Source: Chloroflexota bacterium
GTDB taxonomy: Bacteria; Chloroflexota; UBA11872
Length of the DNA stretch: 64,000 nucleotides
Direction of reading: 5' to 3'
Assembly: GCA_026707585.1 (NCBI GenBank)
Contig: JAPOWQ010000032.1
Coordinates: forward strand, 7,383 to 71,382
The notes beneath the pieces are model-generated. The model made no database searches. It was not told the origin of the DNA and saw only the letters and a list, made by a program, of their open reading frames with translations. The position numbers and the translations under genes were made by a program. Position 1 is the first letter of the stretch. Every line of letters starts with the position of its first letter. Positions 20,330 to 29,632 of this stretch are shown here, piece after piece.

Positions 20330-22774
20330 GTGACCGTCCGGCTGGTGGCGCGAGTTTTGGTCACGGTCCGCAAGTGCCGGGTTGCCGCTGCGAGCTTCGT
20401 GGTAGCCGCGCTCGTCACTCTCTCAGCGACAGGTGCTGCGGCGGGGCCCGCCGATTTCCCGCTCCATCAAGGTTTCTTCTACATGCAGACCGGCGGCGAA
20501 GGTCTGGGCTATGCGGTTCGGGACGAGCCGGGAGCCGCCATCTGGACCGCTTATCAAGACCTTGGCGGTTACGAAGTTCTGGGCTATCCCGTGTCGCAGT
20601 CCTGGCGCGATGGGCCCTTCACGTTCCAGGCGTTTCAGCGAGCGTTGCTGCAGGCTGCTCCCGACGGCAACGTCCGACCCGCCAACATCTACGACGTGCT
20701 TTCCGCGGCCGGGCACGACCCCTGGCTGCAGACGGTAAAAGGTGTGCCGGCGGCCGCCCTTCTGCCACCCGAATCCGGTCCGCTGGCTCGCTTGGACGCT
20801 CTAATGGTCGCGCCGGAAATCGAGGATTTCTGGCGCCAGGCCCCGGATGCCTTGGATCGCTTTGGATTGCCGCTGGGTTACGCATCCGCTGCGGACGGCG
20901 GCGTGCTCCGGGCTCAGCGCGCCGTCCTGCGCCTTAGCGGCGGCAAAGTTCGCCTGGCCCCGGCCGGCGATCACTTCAAGCAGGCCGGGATGATCCCGGC
21001 TCCAAATATGCTGCCAATGGCCCCGCCGCGCATTCCGCGAGCGCTCGTGGAAGCCCACAGTCCCTTAGTAACCAGCGTGGCCTTCGAGCCATCGGGTGGC
21101 GCGTTCGCCACCGGCGGCTATGACCGCCGCGTTGTCATCTGGGACCGGGCGACCTTGACGCCCATCCATGAACTTGAGGGTCACTTCGACGGCATCTACG
21201 AAGTCGCCTATTCCCCTGACGGCTCCCTACTTGCCAGCGCCTCCGAGGATGACACCGTGCGGCTCTGGGATACGCGCTCGGGCGAGCAGATCCATGTGCT
21301 TCAGGCTGACGAGCGTTGGTTTACAAGCGTGGCCTTTAGTCCAGACGGAACGATGGTGGCTGCGACTACCTACGCCGCGGCCCACGTGTGGGATGTGGTG
21401 ACGGGTGAGCATCTCGCCAAGTTCGACGACATCGACGCGTGGTCAAACGGTATCGCCTTTTCGCCCGACGGCAGCCGCCTGGTCACGAGCGGCTGGGCCG
21501 GAGCGGACATCTGGGACATGGCCACGGGCGAGCGCCAACTCTCGTTGACCGAATATCATTCGCGCGCCGTGCTGTCCCTCGCCATCAGTCCCGACGGCAC
21601 GCGCATCGCGACCGGTGCCGATGACAACCTGGCCGTGTTGTGGGACGCCAACAATGGGTCGGCGCTCGCCACCCTCGCAGGCCACAGTGATTCGGTCTGG
21701 CAGGTGGCCTTCAGCCCCGACGGACGCCGGTTGGCCACGGCGTCCAGCGACGCTACGGTGGCTGTCTGGGATGTCGCCACCGCCACCCGCCTCTACAGCC
21801 TGACGGGCCACACCTCGGATGTTCAAGGCCTCAGCTTTAGCCCGGATGGCGAACTCCTGCTATCCGGGAGCTGGGACGGAGACGTTGGCGTGTGGCAAAC
21901 GGCCCTGTCGGAGTTGGCGGCCCAGGCCACTATGCCGGCGCCGGTCAATGCGGTGGATTTCAGTCCCCTCGGAACGTCCGTGGCGACGGCCTTGAATGAC
22001 GGCTCGCTCGTGATCGCTGGAACCGACGGCGCAATCCACGCATCCATCGCCGCCCACGACCGGCCGGCTCGCGCGGTGGCCTACTCGCCGGATGGAGAAG
22101 TCGTGGCCACCGGCGGCGACGACGGCGGGGTGCGGCTGTGGGACGCCGCGCATGGAACGCAGTTGGCCGAAGCGCCGACCGTTCCGGATAGCGTCACCGC
22201 CCTGACGTTCGCGGCGGACGGTCACCTCCTGGCAGGTGACGCCCGCGGCGTCGTCCGACGACTGGACCCGAGCAACGGCGCCCAAGGCTGGACTGTCACG
22301 GTATCCGGCCCCGTCGTGTCGCTGGCAACCGACGGAATCGGCCTTGCGGCCGTAGGCACGTATCGCGAGATCCTGCTTTTCGATGCGGCGACGGGTGTTG
22401 AGCGGTTGCGACTCACAGGGTTCGATGACTGGATTCGCGCTATCCGATTCAACCGACATGTCGCAGAGATGGCGCTGGCGGACGGTGAGACGATCAAGAT
22501 CCTGGCAAGTGGCTCAAACAGCTTGCTGCGGGAGATTGAGCCGGAGGCGGGGCTTATCACGTCGCTGGCCTACCGGCCACACGGCAACGAACTGGCCATC
22601 GGCGCCTATCAACGAACGCTCCTGCGCGATCCCACCGGCGGCCTGAAGCTCGGACGCGCCATCGATGCCCACATCGACTGGATCCGAGCGCTCGCCTACA
22701 GCCCCGACGGCGCGCTGCTGGCCACGGTCGGGGACGACCGCGCCTTGCGCTTCTGGATCACCCGCGCGGACTGA
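20330..22774 (+). CDS. Secreted WD40-repeat beta-propeller protein with an N-terminal LGFP-like repeat module
   Basis: Signal-peptide-like N-terminus and at least 10 WD40 units (GH.D.V..VAFSPDG.LLAS.S.D.TVRLWD). The N-terminal 150 aa are homologous to the N-terminus of the 51943-53520 protein. Confidence 0.8.
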   Translation: MTVRLVARVLVTVRKCRVAAASFVVAALVTLSATGAAAGPADFPLHQGFFYMQTGGEGLGYAVRDEPGAAIWTAYQDLGGYEVLGYPVSQSWRDGPFTFQAFQRALLQAAPDGNVRPANIYDVLSAAGHDPWLQTVKGVPAAALLPPESGPLARLDALMVAPEIEDFWRQAPDALDRFGLPLGYASAADGGVLRAQRAVLRLSGGKVRLAPAGDHFKQAGMIPAPNMLPMAPPRIPRALVEAHSPLVTSVAFEPSGGAFATGGYDRRVVIWDRATLTPIHELEGHFDGIYEVAYSPDGSLLASASEDDTVRLWDTRSGEQIHVLQADERWFTSVAFSPDGTMVAATTYAAAHVWDVVTGEHLAKFDDIDAWSNGIAFSPDGSRLVTSGWAGADIWDMATGERQLSLTEYHSRAVLSLAISPDGTRIATGADDNLAVLWDANNGSALATLAGHSDSVWQVAFSPDGRRLATASSDATVAVWDVATATRLYSLTGHTSDVQGLSFSPDGELLLSGSWDGDVGVWQTALSELAAQATMPAPVNAVDFSPLGTSVATALNDGSLVIAGTDGAIHASIAAHDRPARAVAYSPDGEVVATGGDDGGVRLWDAAHGTQLAEAPTVPDSVTALTFAADGHLLAGDARGVVRRLDPSNGAQGWTVTVSGPVVSLATDGIGLAAVGTYREILLFDAATGVERLRLTGFDDWIRAIRFNRHVAEMALADGETIKILASGSNSLLREIEPEAGLITSLAYRPHGNELAIGAYQRTLLRDPTGGLKLGRAIDAHIDWIRALAYSPDGALLATVGDDRALRFWITRAD

Positions 22775-22814
22775 TCCCGCCGGGTCACCGGACGAACGCA
22801 CAATCGACATCTGG

Positions 22815-23996
22815 TTGACAGTCCTCGCGGGGCTGGCCGCTACCGCTGCCGGCGCCTGGGTCTGGCTGCTCGTCGGTCGCGGGTGGTACTGGCGCACCGA
22901 CGTGCAACTGCCGCCTTTGCCGCCCGACGCGTCGCCAGCCCGGTGGCCATCGGTGACCGTCATCGTGCCGGCGCGCAACGAGGCGCAAGTGCTCCCGTCA
23001 ACGCTCCCGGCGTTACTCGCGCAGGACTACCCGGGCTGCTTGCGGATAGTCGTCGTGGATGACTCAAGCACCGACCACACATCGGAGGTTGCGCGTAGTC
23101 TCGGCGCTCGCTCAGACGCTCGCGACGTCAACGTAGTCACGGCGCCCCCGCTTCCGCACGGCTGGGCCGGCAAAGTCTGGGCCATGCACACCGGTGCGGT
23201 TTCCGAATTGGCTCAGGAAGGTGAGTTCATCCTCCTGACGGACGCCGACATCGCTCACCCGCCTGACCTCCTCCGGCGGCTGGTAGGCATGGCCGAAAGC
23301 CAGGACCTGGACCTCGCCTCCGTAATGGCGCACCTGCGGGCGATCACGCCGTTCGAGCGGCTGCTGGTCCCAGCCTTCGTGTACTTCTTTGGCCTGCTCT
23401 ACCCCTTCCGCTGGTCGAACGACCCCAACCGCGAAACGGCGGCGGCGGCCGGTGGCTGCGTGCTGGTAAAGCGGCGCGAGCTCCAGCGGATCGGCGGTCT
23501 CGAATCACTCCGTGGCGAAATCATCGACGATTGCGCCCTGGCCGCCCGCATCAAGCAGGCCGGAGGCCGGATATGGCTGGGCTTGGGTGCCGACGTGCGC
23601 AGCGAGCGCGGCTACGCCGGGCTGTCCGGCGTCTGGCACGTCGTGGCGCGCACGGCCTACACCCAGCTTGCCTACTCGCCCATTCGACTCCTGGGCACAG
23701 TCGTCGCGCTACTGCTGGCCTTCGCCGCGCCCCCGGTTGCGGCGGTAGTGGGTGGCGCGAGCCTCGTGATTGGAATCGATACTGGATCAGCGGCGACGGC
23801 CCTGGCATCCGGAATCCTTGGATGGGCGCTCATGACCTACAGCTACCTACCCATGACACGCTGGTACGGCGGCTCGGCGCTGCGGGCTGTCACGCTGCCG
23901 CTGTCAGCCGCCATCTACGTGGCCATGACATTGGATTCGGCCCGCCGGCACTACGGTGGGGTCGGCGGCGCCTGGAAGGGCCGAACCTACACTTGA
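22815..23996 (+). CDS. Membrane-bound family-2 glycosyltransferase (HpnB-like architecture)
   Basis: N-terminal TM segment, then GT2 motifs (VTVIVPARNEA, VVVDDSSTD, GWAGKVWA, DAD) and C-terminal TM helices. The start is uncertain: the ATG at 22665 would overlap the WD40 gene by 110 nt, so I list the in-frame TTG at 22815. Confidence 0.6.
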   Translation: MTVLAGLAATAAGAWVWLLVGRGWYWRTDVQLPPLPPDASPARWPSVTVIVPARNEAQVLPSTLPALLAQDYPGCLRIVVVDDSSTDHTSEVARSLGARSDARDVNVVTAPPLPHGWAGKVWAMHTGAVSELAQEGEFILLTDADIAHPPDLLRRLVGMAESQDLDLASVMAHLRAITPFERLLVPAFVYFFGLLYPFRWSNDPNRETAAAAGGCVLVKRRELQRIGGLESLRGEIIDDCALAARIKQAGGRIWLGLGADVRSERGYAGLSGVWHVVARTAYTQLAYSPIRLLGTVVALLLAFAAPPVAAVVGGASLVIGIDTGSAATALASGILGWALMTYSYLPMTRWYGGSALRAVTLPLSAAIYVAMTLDSARRHYGGVGGAWKGRTYT

Positions 23997-24184
23997 CGGC
24001 TCATTGCAGGATGGTCCCTCAGCGTCGAGCGACACCCTGGCCCAGACACTCGATGTTGAAGCGCCGGCAGGCGTGGCAATAGAGCCATCGCGACGGCGCG
24101 AAGCCTGGGCTGCTTGCGCATTGACCCGGTCGGGGGTGCGTGACAGTATCGAGGTGAGGCCGCGCTAGGTGGGGAGCTAGCGGT

Positions 24185-24435
24185 GCCCTTGAGCCGCAAT
24201 CCGCTATAGCGGGCTGAATCCCCGCCTGAGGGCCGTCCGTAACGTGTCTGCCGCCGACGCTCGGTATTGAACGCCGGGCCTCGTGCGACGAAGGCCTTCC
24301 AACCCCGTCAGGTCCGAGAGGAAGCAGCGGTACGAAGCCCCCTTCGGGCGCCGCGAGTCCACCTGGCCGGAGCCGCGGCCCGACGGTAAGGCGTTGTTGG
24401 ACGGGTCGACGGCGGGTGCGCGGCCTCTATCTCTA
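24185..24435 (+). ncRNA. ffs: Signal recognition particle RNA (ffs), possibly the long form with an Alu-like 5' domain
   Basis: Domain IV consensus GUCAGGUCCGAGAGGAAGCAGC at 24307-24328, with terminal pairing GCCGGGCC/GGCCCGAC. An upstream GGGCUGAAUCCCC...CGUAAC resembles the Alu-domain loops. It sits in the conserved ffs-dnaX-ybaB-recR synteny. Boundaries are approximate; the core alone spans ~24270-24390. Confidence 0.65.
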
Positions 24436-24437
24436 TC

Positions 24438-26120
24438 ATGACGCTGCCGTCAGGCTTGGAGGCTTCCGTGGCTGCGTCGCGTCCGCCGTCGTTTCAGGCG
24501 CTGTATAACCGCTATCGGCCGCAGCGGTTTGATGAGCTGATCGGCCAGGAGCACGTGGTGCGGACGCTGCAGAACGCGCTGGTGCATAACCGGCTGAGCC
24601 ACGCATACCTGTTTTCGGGCGAGCGAGGCACCGGCAAAACCACGGCGGCGCGGCTGTTGGCGAAGGCGGTGAATTGCCTGGAAGGGATCCAGGCGGAGGC
24701 GTGCGGCAGCTGCGAGCACTGCCAGGCCATCACCAACGGGGCGTTCCTGGACCTGATCGAGATGGATGCGGCCTCGCATCGCGGGATTGACGATATCCGC
24801 GAGATCCGGGAGCTGACGCAGTTCGCGCCGGGGGCGGGGCGCTTCCGCGTGTACATCATCGACGAGGTTCATCAGCTGTCGGCGCCGGCGAAGGACGCGT
24901 TGCTGAAGACGCTGGAGGAGCCGCCGCCGCAAACGCTGTTTGTGCTGGCGACGACGGAGCCGCACCGGGTGCCGGCCACGATTCGGTCGCGGACGCAGCA
25001 CCTGACGTTTCGTCGTATTGGCGTGCTGGAGTTGACCGCGCAACTGCGCAGCATTGCCGAGACGGAGGAGGCCCAAATCCAGGAGGCCGCGCTGCACACG
25101 CTGGCTCGGAACGCCGGCGGCAGCGCGCGGGACGCGGTGAGCCTGCTGGACCAGGCGCTGGCGTATAGCGATAACGACGCCACCTCAGAGGCCGTGAACT
25201 CGATGTTGGGGCTGACGGCGCGCGACGCGGTGATTCAACTGCTAGGCCACTTGATGGACGGGGACGCCGCGGCCGGTCTGCAGGCGATTGGACAAGCCAT
25301 CGAGGACGGGACCAGCCCGAACACGCTGCGTCAGCAGATCATCGACATCCTGCGGGACATCCTGATCCTGAAGACCAGTCCCGAGACGAGCGCGGTCGGT
25401 CACCTGACGGAGGACGAGGCGTTTGAGCTGTCGCGGCGCACGGAGAGCTCGAGCCTGCGCGACATCGTGCGCACGCTGGAGGTGTTCGCGGAACCGGACC
25501 CGCCATCACGGACGGGCGTGGACGCGACACTGGAGCTGGAGCTGGCGTTCGCGCGCGCGGTGCTCTCGATTACCGAACCCGTGGAGGCCCCGGCGCCGGT
25601 GCCGGCGGCCAGCGAGACTCGACCTGCGGCTCGTCCCTCGCCCGCACCCGCGCCCGCGCGGCCGGTGGAGTCGCCGACCGCTCCAACGACGCCTCCACCG
25701 CAACCGGCGCAGGCAGCGGCGGGACGCCCGGCCGCCCCCGATGGCGACCTTTCCGCGGCGATGATCGCGGCCCGCAAGGACGATTGGGTCTCGGTGATCC
25801 GCGAGGAGGCTCGCGAAATCGCCCCGTACGCCGGGGAAGCCGAAGTCCTGGACTACGCTGACGGCACGGTGACGCTGGGCTATCGCAGTCGCTTCCTGTT
25901 CGAGCGGGTGCAGCGGCCCGACGCCCTGCGCCAGGTGGCGCGGGCGCTGTCGCAGGTGCTAGACCGCCCGATCCAGGTTCGCAACGAACAACGCAGCGCC
26001 TCGACACCAGCCCGTCGCACGTCGGCCAGGACACCGGTTGACGACGATCCGGTGGTGCGGGTGGCAATGCGCGAGTATGGGGCGACATCCATTCCAGACA
26101 CGTCCGCAACGGGAGGTTGA
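24438..26120 (+). CDS. dnaX: DNA polymerase III subunit gamma/tau
   Basis: YRPQRFDELIGQEHVV, Walker A GERGTGKTT, zinc module CGSCEHCQ, and a Pro/Ala-rich linker. The start may be the GTG at ~24468. Confidence 0.9.
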   Translation: MTLPSGLEASVAASRPPSFQALYNRYRPQRFDELIGQEHVVRTLQNALVHNRLSHAYLFSGERGTGKTTAARLLAKAVNCLEGIQAEACGSCEHCQAITNGAFLDLIEMDAASHRGIDDIREIRELTQFAPGAGRFRVYIIDEVHQLSAPAKDALLKTLEEPPPQTLFVLATTEPHRVPATIRSRTQHLTFRRIGVLELTAQLRSIAETEEAQIQEAALHTLARNAGGSARDAVSLLDQALAYSDNDATSEAVNSMLGLTARDAVIQLLGHLMDGDAAAGLQAIGQAIEDGTSPNTLRQQIIDILRDILILKTSPETSAVGHLTEDEAFELSRRTESSSLRDIVRTLEVFAEPDPPSRTGVDATLELELAFARAVLSITEPVEAPAPVPAASETRPAARPSPAPAPARPVESPTAPTTPPPQPAQAAAGRPAAPDGDLSAAMIAARKDDWVSVIREEAREIAPYAGEAEVLDYADGTVTLGYRSRFLFERVQRPDALRQVARALSQVLDRPIQVRNEQRSASTPARRTSARTPVDDDPVVRVAMREYGATSIPDTSATGG

Positions 26121-26123
26121 CGC

Positions 26124-26420
26124 ATGTCGATGAAGATGTTCCGGCAGTTTCAGAAGCAGATGGAGAAGGTCCAGGAAGAACTGAAGCAGATGACCGTGGA
26201 AGCCACGGCGGGCGGCGGCGCGGTCAAGGTCGTGGCCAGCGGGGACCAGCGGGTTGTCTCAATTGACATCGATCCGTCCGTGATCGATCCCGAGGACGCG
26301 GAGTTTCTGGCCGAAATGATCCTGGTAGCAGTGAACGAGGCGATGGAGCAGTCGCAGGAATTGGCGAAAAGCAAGCTGGGCGGGTTGACCGGCGGGCTGA
26401 AGATTCCGGGCCTGGGCTAG
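26124..26420 (+). CDS. ybaB: YbaB/EbfC nucleoid-associated protein
   Basis: 98 aa; MFRQFQKQMEKVQEEL...GGLKIPGL. Canonical position after dnaX. Confidence 0.9.
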   Translation: MSMKMFRQFQKQMEKVQEELKQMTVEATAGGGAVKVVASGDQRVVSIDIDPSVIDPEDAEFLAEMILVAVNEAMEQSQELAKSKLGGLTGGLKIPGLG

Positions 26421-26423
26421 CGC

Positions 26424-27026
26424 GTGGCGGACGCGCTGCCCCGCGCGGTTACGCGGTTGATCGAGGAGTTGTCGCGGCTGCCGACCGTGGGGCCAAAAAC
26501 CGCGCAGCGTCTGGCCTTCTTTCTCTTGCGCGGGACATCAGGCCAGGCGCGCACGCTGGGGACGGCCATCGCGTCGCTGCACGAGGGCATCCAGACCTGC
26601 GGGCGGTGCCGTAACTTCGCGGACTCCGACCCGTGCGCAATCTGCCAGGACCCCACGCGCAACACCGCGCTGCTCTGCGTGGTGGAGGACCCGCTGGACC
26701 TGGTGGCGGTCGAGAACTCGGGCGGGTTCAACGGCCTGTATCACGTGCTGCACGGCGCCATTTCGCCGCTTGAGGGGATCGGGCCCGACGATCTGACGAT
26801 CGACCTGCTGGTGCGGCGGGCCGGGCGCGAGCGCATCGGCGAGGTGGTGATTGCGACCAACGCGACAATTGAGGGCGACGCCACGGCGATGGAGATTCGC
26901 CAGCGGCTGAGCGACCTGGGGGTGCGCGTCACACGGCTGGCGCGCGGGCTCGCGACCGGCGGTGACATCGAGTACGTTGACGCGGCAACCATCGCGCAGG
27001 CGCTGGAGGGTCGGCGTGAACTCTGA
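26424..27026 (+). CDS. recR: Recombination protein RecR
   Basis: HhH (LPTVGPKTAQRLAFFLL), C4 zinc finger (CGRCRNF...CAIC) and Toprim domain. GTG start. Confidence 0.9.
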   Translation: MADALPRAVTRLIEELSRLPTVGPKTAQRLAFFLLRGTSGQARTLGTAIASLHEGIQTCGRCRNFADSDPCAICQDPTRNTALLCVVEDPLDLVAVENSGGFNGLYHVLHGAISPLEGIGPDDLTIDLLVRRAGRERIGEVVIATNATIEGDATAMEIRQRLSDLGVRVTRLARGLATGGDIEYVDAATIAQALEGRREL

Positions 27027-27738
27027 ACCTTCGTCCCAGCCCGACACGCGGGCCCGCGGCCAACCGACGCGGCTGCGCTGGCTGGGCCACGCGACCTTCC
27101 TGCTGAGCAGTCCCGGCGAGGCGCAGGTGCTGCTGGACCCGTTCAACGTGGAACTCGGCTATCCCGTGCCGGAGTTGCCGCCGATTGACCTGGTCGCGGT
27201 CAGCCACGAGCATGCGGATCACAACAACGTGGGGCTGGCGCCGGGGACGCCGAAGGTTGTGCGGGGCATCTCGGACAGCGGCTGGCATCCGGGAACGGTA
27301 TCGGTGGGCGACGTGACGCTGCACATGATCGGCGGGGCCTATCACGACGAAGCTGAAGGCCGGGAGCGGGGACGGACGGCGTTCATGTCGGTGGAGGTGG
27401 GCGGGCTGCGCCTGCTGCACCTGGGCGATCTGGGGCACCGGCTGGGCACAAACCTGCTGGCTCAGTGCCGGGGCCACCAGGTGTTGCTGATTCCGGTTGG
27501 CGGATTCTTCACGATCGACGGCGAGACGGCGGCCGCGACGATGGATGAGATTGCACCGTCAATCGCGATTCCGATGCACTACCGGACCTCGCGTCTGCCC
27601 GGACACCCCACGGCGCCGCTGGATGAAACCGGGTTCCTGGTAGGCCGCGAGGTCCGGCGCTTGGCGGAGTCCGAGATTGCGTTGCGTGCGGAGGAGCTAC
27701 CGGCCCGGCCGCAGGTGGTGGTGCCGGCCGTCCCGTGA
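27016..27738 (+). CDS. MBL-fold metallo-hydrolase
   Basis: HxHxDH motif (VSHEHADHNN) and the MBL beta-sandwich pattern. GTG start overlaps the recR 3' end. Confidence 0.65.
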   Translation: MNSEPSSQPDTRARGQPTRLRWLGHATFLLSSPGEAQVLLDPFNVELGYPVPELPPIDLVAVSHEHADHNNVGLAPGTPKVVRGISDSGWHPGTVSVGDVTLHMIGGAYHDEAEGRERGRTAFMSVEVGGLRLLHLGDLGHRLGTNLLAQCRGHQVLLIPVGGFFTIDGETAAATMDEIAPSIAIPMHYRTSRLPGHPTAPLDETGFLVGREVRRLAESEIALRAEELPARPQVVVPAVP

Positions 27739-27740
27739 GG

Positions 27741-28295
27741 CTAGCTTCCGGGTCGGCGTGGGGGCAGGCAGGTTACTTCGGCTTCCTTGGTCAGGTCGTC
27801 GAAGTGGGCTTCACGGACGTTGCCGACTTCCACGGACGTGATCCTGGCTGACACCCGCACGGGTTCGTGGACGAGGCAACGCAGGGCCGACTCCCAACGC
27901 AGGGTGACTCCGGCGCGCAGGCGTTCGGGAACCCAGGTCAGAGTCTTGGATTCGCGAGCGCTGGCGCCGATCTCGCGTCCGTCCTCGTTCGTAATCTTGG
28001 CCCGCGTGGTGGGACTGTAGTCACGGTCTGAGCCCGCATTCTCGGGCAGCGTGAGGGTTGTCTCGATCAGGACGTCCGCTTGACCGATGTTGGTCACCTG
28101 CAGGATGACGTTGGTGCGGCTGGGTCCGGCCACCTCGGTCTGAATCTCGAATCTGAGTTCGGGCGCGGGGGTGGGCGTCGCGAGTGGCTCTACGGTCTCG
28201 CGGCAATCAGCGGCGGCCAGCCCCATCAGCAGCATGGCCAGCGACGCCACGGCTGACGCCAGGCGCCGACCGTGGACAGTGAATCCAGCGTTCAT
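27741..28295 (-). CDS. Secreted/lipoprotein-like hypothetical protein
   Basis: Signal peptide with Cys (LMGLAAADC); no recognised domain. Confidence 0.45.
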   Translation of the reverse strand: MNAGFTVHGRRLASAVASLAMLLMGLAAADCRETVEPLATPTPAPELRFEIQTEVAGPSRTNVILQVTNIGQADVLIETTLTLPENAGSDRDYSPTTRAKITNEDGREIGASARESKTLTWVPERLRAGVTLRWESALRCLVHEPVRVSARITSVEVGNVREAHFDDLTKEAEVTCLPPRRPGS

Positions 28296-29507
28296 GACCT
28301 AGAGCTTAGTGCAGAATGCGCCGTTGTCGGAGGTTTGCGCTGCGACGCGCCAAATCCAGGGGTCCGGAACATCGAACGTCCGCTGACGATCACGCTGCTT
28401 TTTCTGCGGCTGGGGCTGACGGCCTTCGGTGGCCCTGCGGCACACATCGCCATGATGCGGCACGAGTTCGTGACGCGCCGCGAATGGCTGACGGACCGCC
28501 GTTTTCTCGATCTCCTGGGGGTCACAAACCTGATCCCTGGTCCGAATTCCACCGAGATGGCGATTCACCTTGGCCGCGAACGGGCCGGCTGGCGTGGGCT
28601 GGTGGGCGCCGGGGTGGCGTTCATTGCTCCGGCTGCGGTGATGGTTTCGGTCCTGGCCTGGGTCTATGTCGAGTTCGGATCGACGCCGGCGGTGACCTGG
28701 GTGTTGTACGGCGTCAAGCCCGTCGTAATCGCTATCGTGGCCCAGGCCATTTGGGGCCTGGGACGCGTGGTGGTGCGCCGCTGGCAGACGGCGCTGCTGG
28801 CCGCGGGTGTAATTGCCCTTGGTCTACTGGGCGTCAATGAGCTGGTGCTCCTATTTGGCGGCGGCGCTGTGGGCGCGGTGCTGCAGCGTCCGCGGTGGCT
28901 GACGGGACGGCTCTCGGGAGTGCTTGTCGCGCCGCTGGCCAGCGTCGGCGTGGTCGGCGCGGTACCGACGACGTTCAGCCTGCTGGGCATGGCGTTGCTG
29001 TTTCTCAAGATCGGCGCGGTGCTATACGGCAGCGGTTATGTGTTGCTGGCCTTCTTGCGGGCCGATTTTGTGGAGCGCATGGGCTGGCTGACGGAAACAC
29101 AATTGCTGGACGCCGTGGCGATCGGGCAGGTCACGCCGGGGCCCGTATTCACCACGGCCACGTTTATCGGGTTTCTGCTGGCGGGGGTACCGGGCGCCGT
29201 AGTGGCCACGGTGGCGATTTTCCTGCCGTCATTCGTGTTCGTGGCAGCCGTTCACCCGCTGGTCGAGCGGCTGCGCGCGTCCAGCATTACGGCTCCCATA
29301 CTCGACGCGGTCAACGCGGCCGCGGTGGGGCTGATGACCGTGGTGATGGTGCTCCTTGGTCGCTCGGCGCTGGTGGACCTGCCGACAATCCTGGTGGCGC
29401 TGGTGGCGCTGGGCGTACTGATCTTCGCCAAGGTCAACTCGCTCTGGCTGATCCTCGCGGGTGCGGCTGTGGGCGCCGTGGTGCAGGGCGTGGGACTGGC
29501 GCCGTAG
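28272..29507 (+). CDS. chrA: Chromate transporter (CHR family, ChrA-like two-domain)
   Basis: GLTAFGGPAAHIAMM...NLIPGPNSTEM motif and a duplicated CHR domain. Start uncertain: the listed ATG overlaps the divergent gene start by 24 nt, and TTG 28335 is an alternative. Confidence 0.75.
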   Translation: MDSESSVHDLELSAECAVVGGLRCDAPNPGVRNIERPLTITLLFLRLGLTAFGGPAAHIAMMRHEFVTRREWLTDRRFLDLLGVTNLIPGPNSTEMAIHLGRERAGWRGLVGAGVAFIAPAAVMVSVLAWVYVEFGSTPAVTWVLYGVKPVVIAIVAQAIWGLGRVVVRRWQTALLAAGVIALGLLGVNELVLLFGGGAVGAVLQRPRWLTGRLSGVLVAPLASVGVVGAVPTTFSLLGMALLFLKIGAVLYGSGYVLLAFLRADFVERMGWLTETQLLDAVAIGQVTPGPVFTTATFIGFLLAGVPGAVVATVAIFLPSFVFVAAVHPLVERLRASSITAPILDAVNAAAVGLMTVVMVLLGRSALVDLPTILVALVALGVLIFAKVNSLWLILAGAAVGAVVQGVGLAP

Positions 29508-29632
29508 CCGAAGCGCCCAGCAGGAGGGCGGCGCAGGCTGGCGAATGCGCGGTTTGGCGTCCGCCGCAGATCCGATTCAGGCTGGTTTCCCACGACCGGC
29601 TAGGCGAGCGTCCCGGATTCCGCGCATACTGA

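Noticed and set aside
22665-22814. ATG 22665 as the start of the GT2 gene
   Set aside because: It would overlap the WD40 gene by 110 nt in another frame, and the N-terminal TM region begins near 22815. The downstream TTG is preferred, with low confidence.
28272-28295. 24-nt overlap of the divergent starts of chrA and the secreted-protein gene, as a possible regulatory oddity
   Set aside because: It is more likely that one of the two starts is mis-assigned; chrA has an in-frame TTG at 28335. I do not interpret it further.
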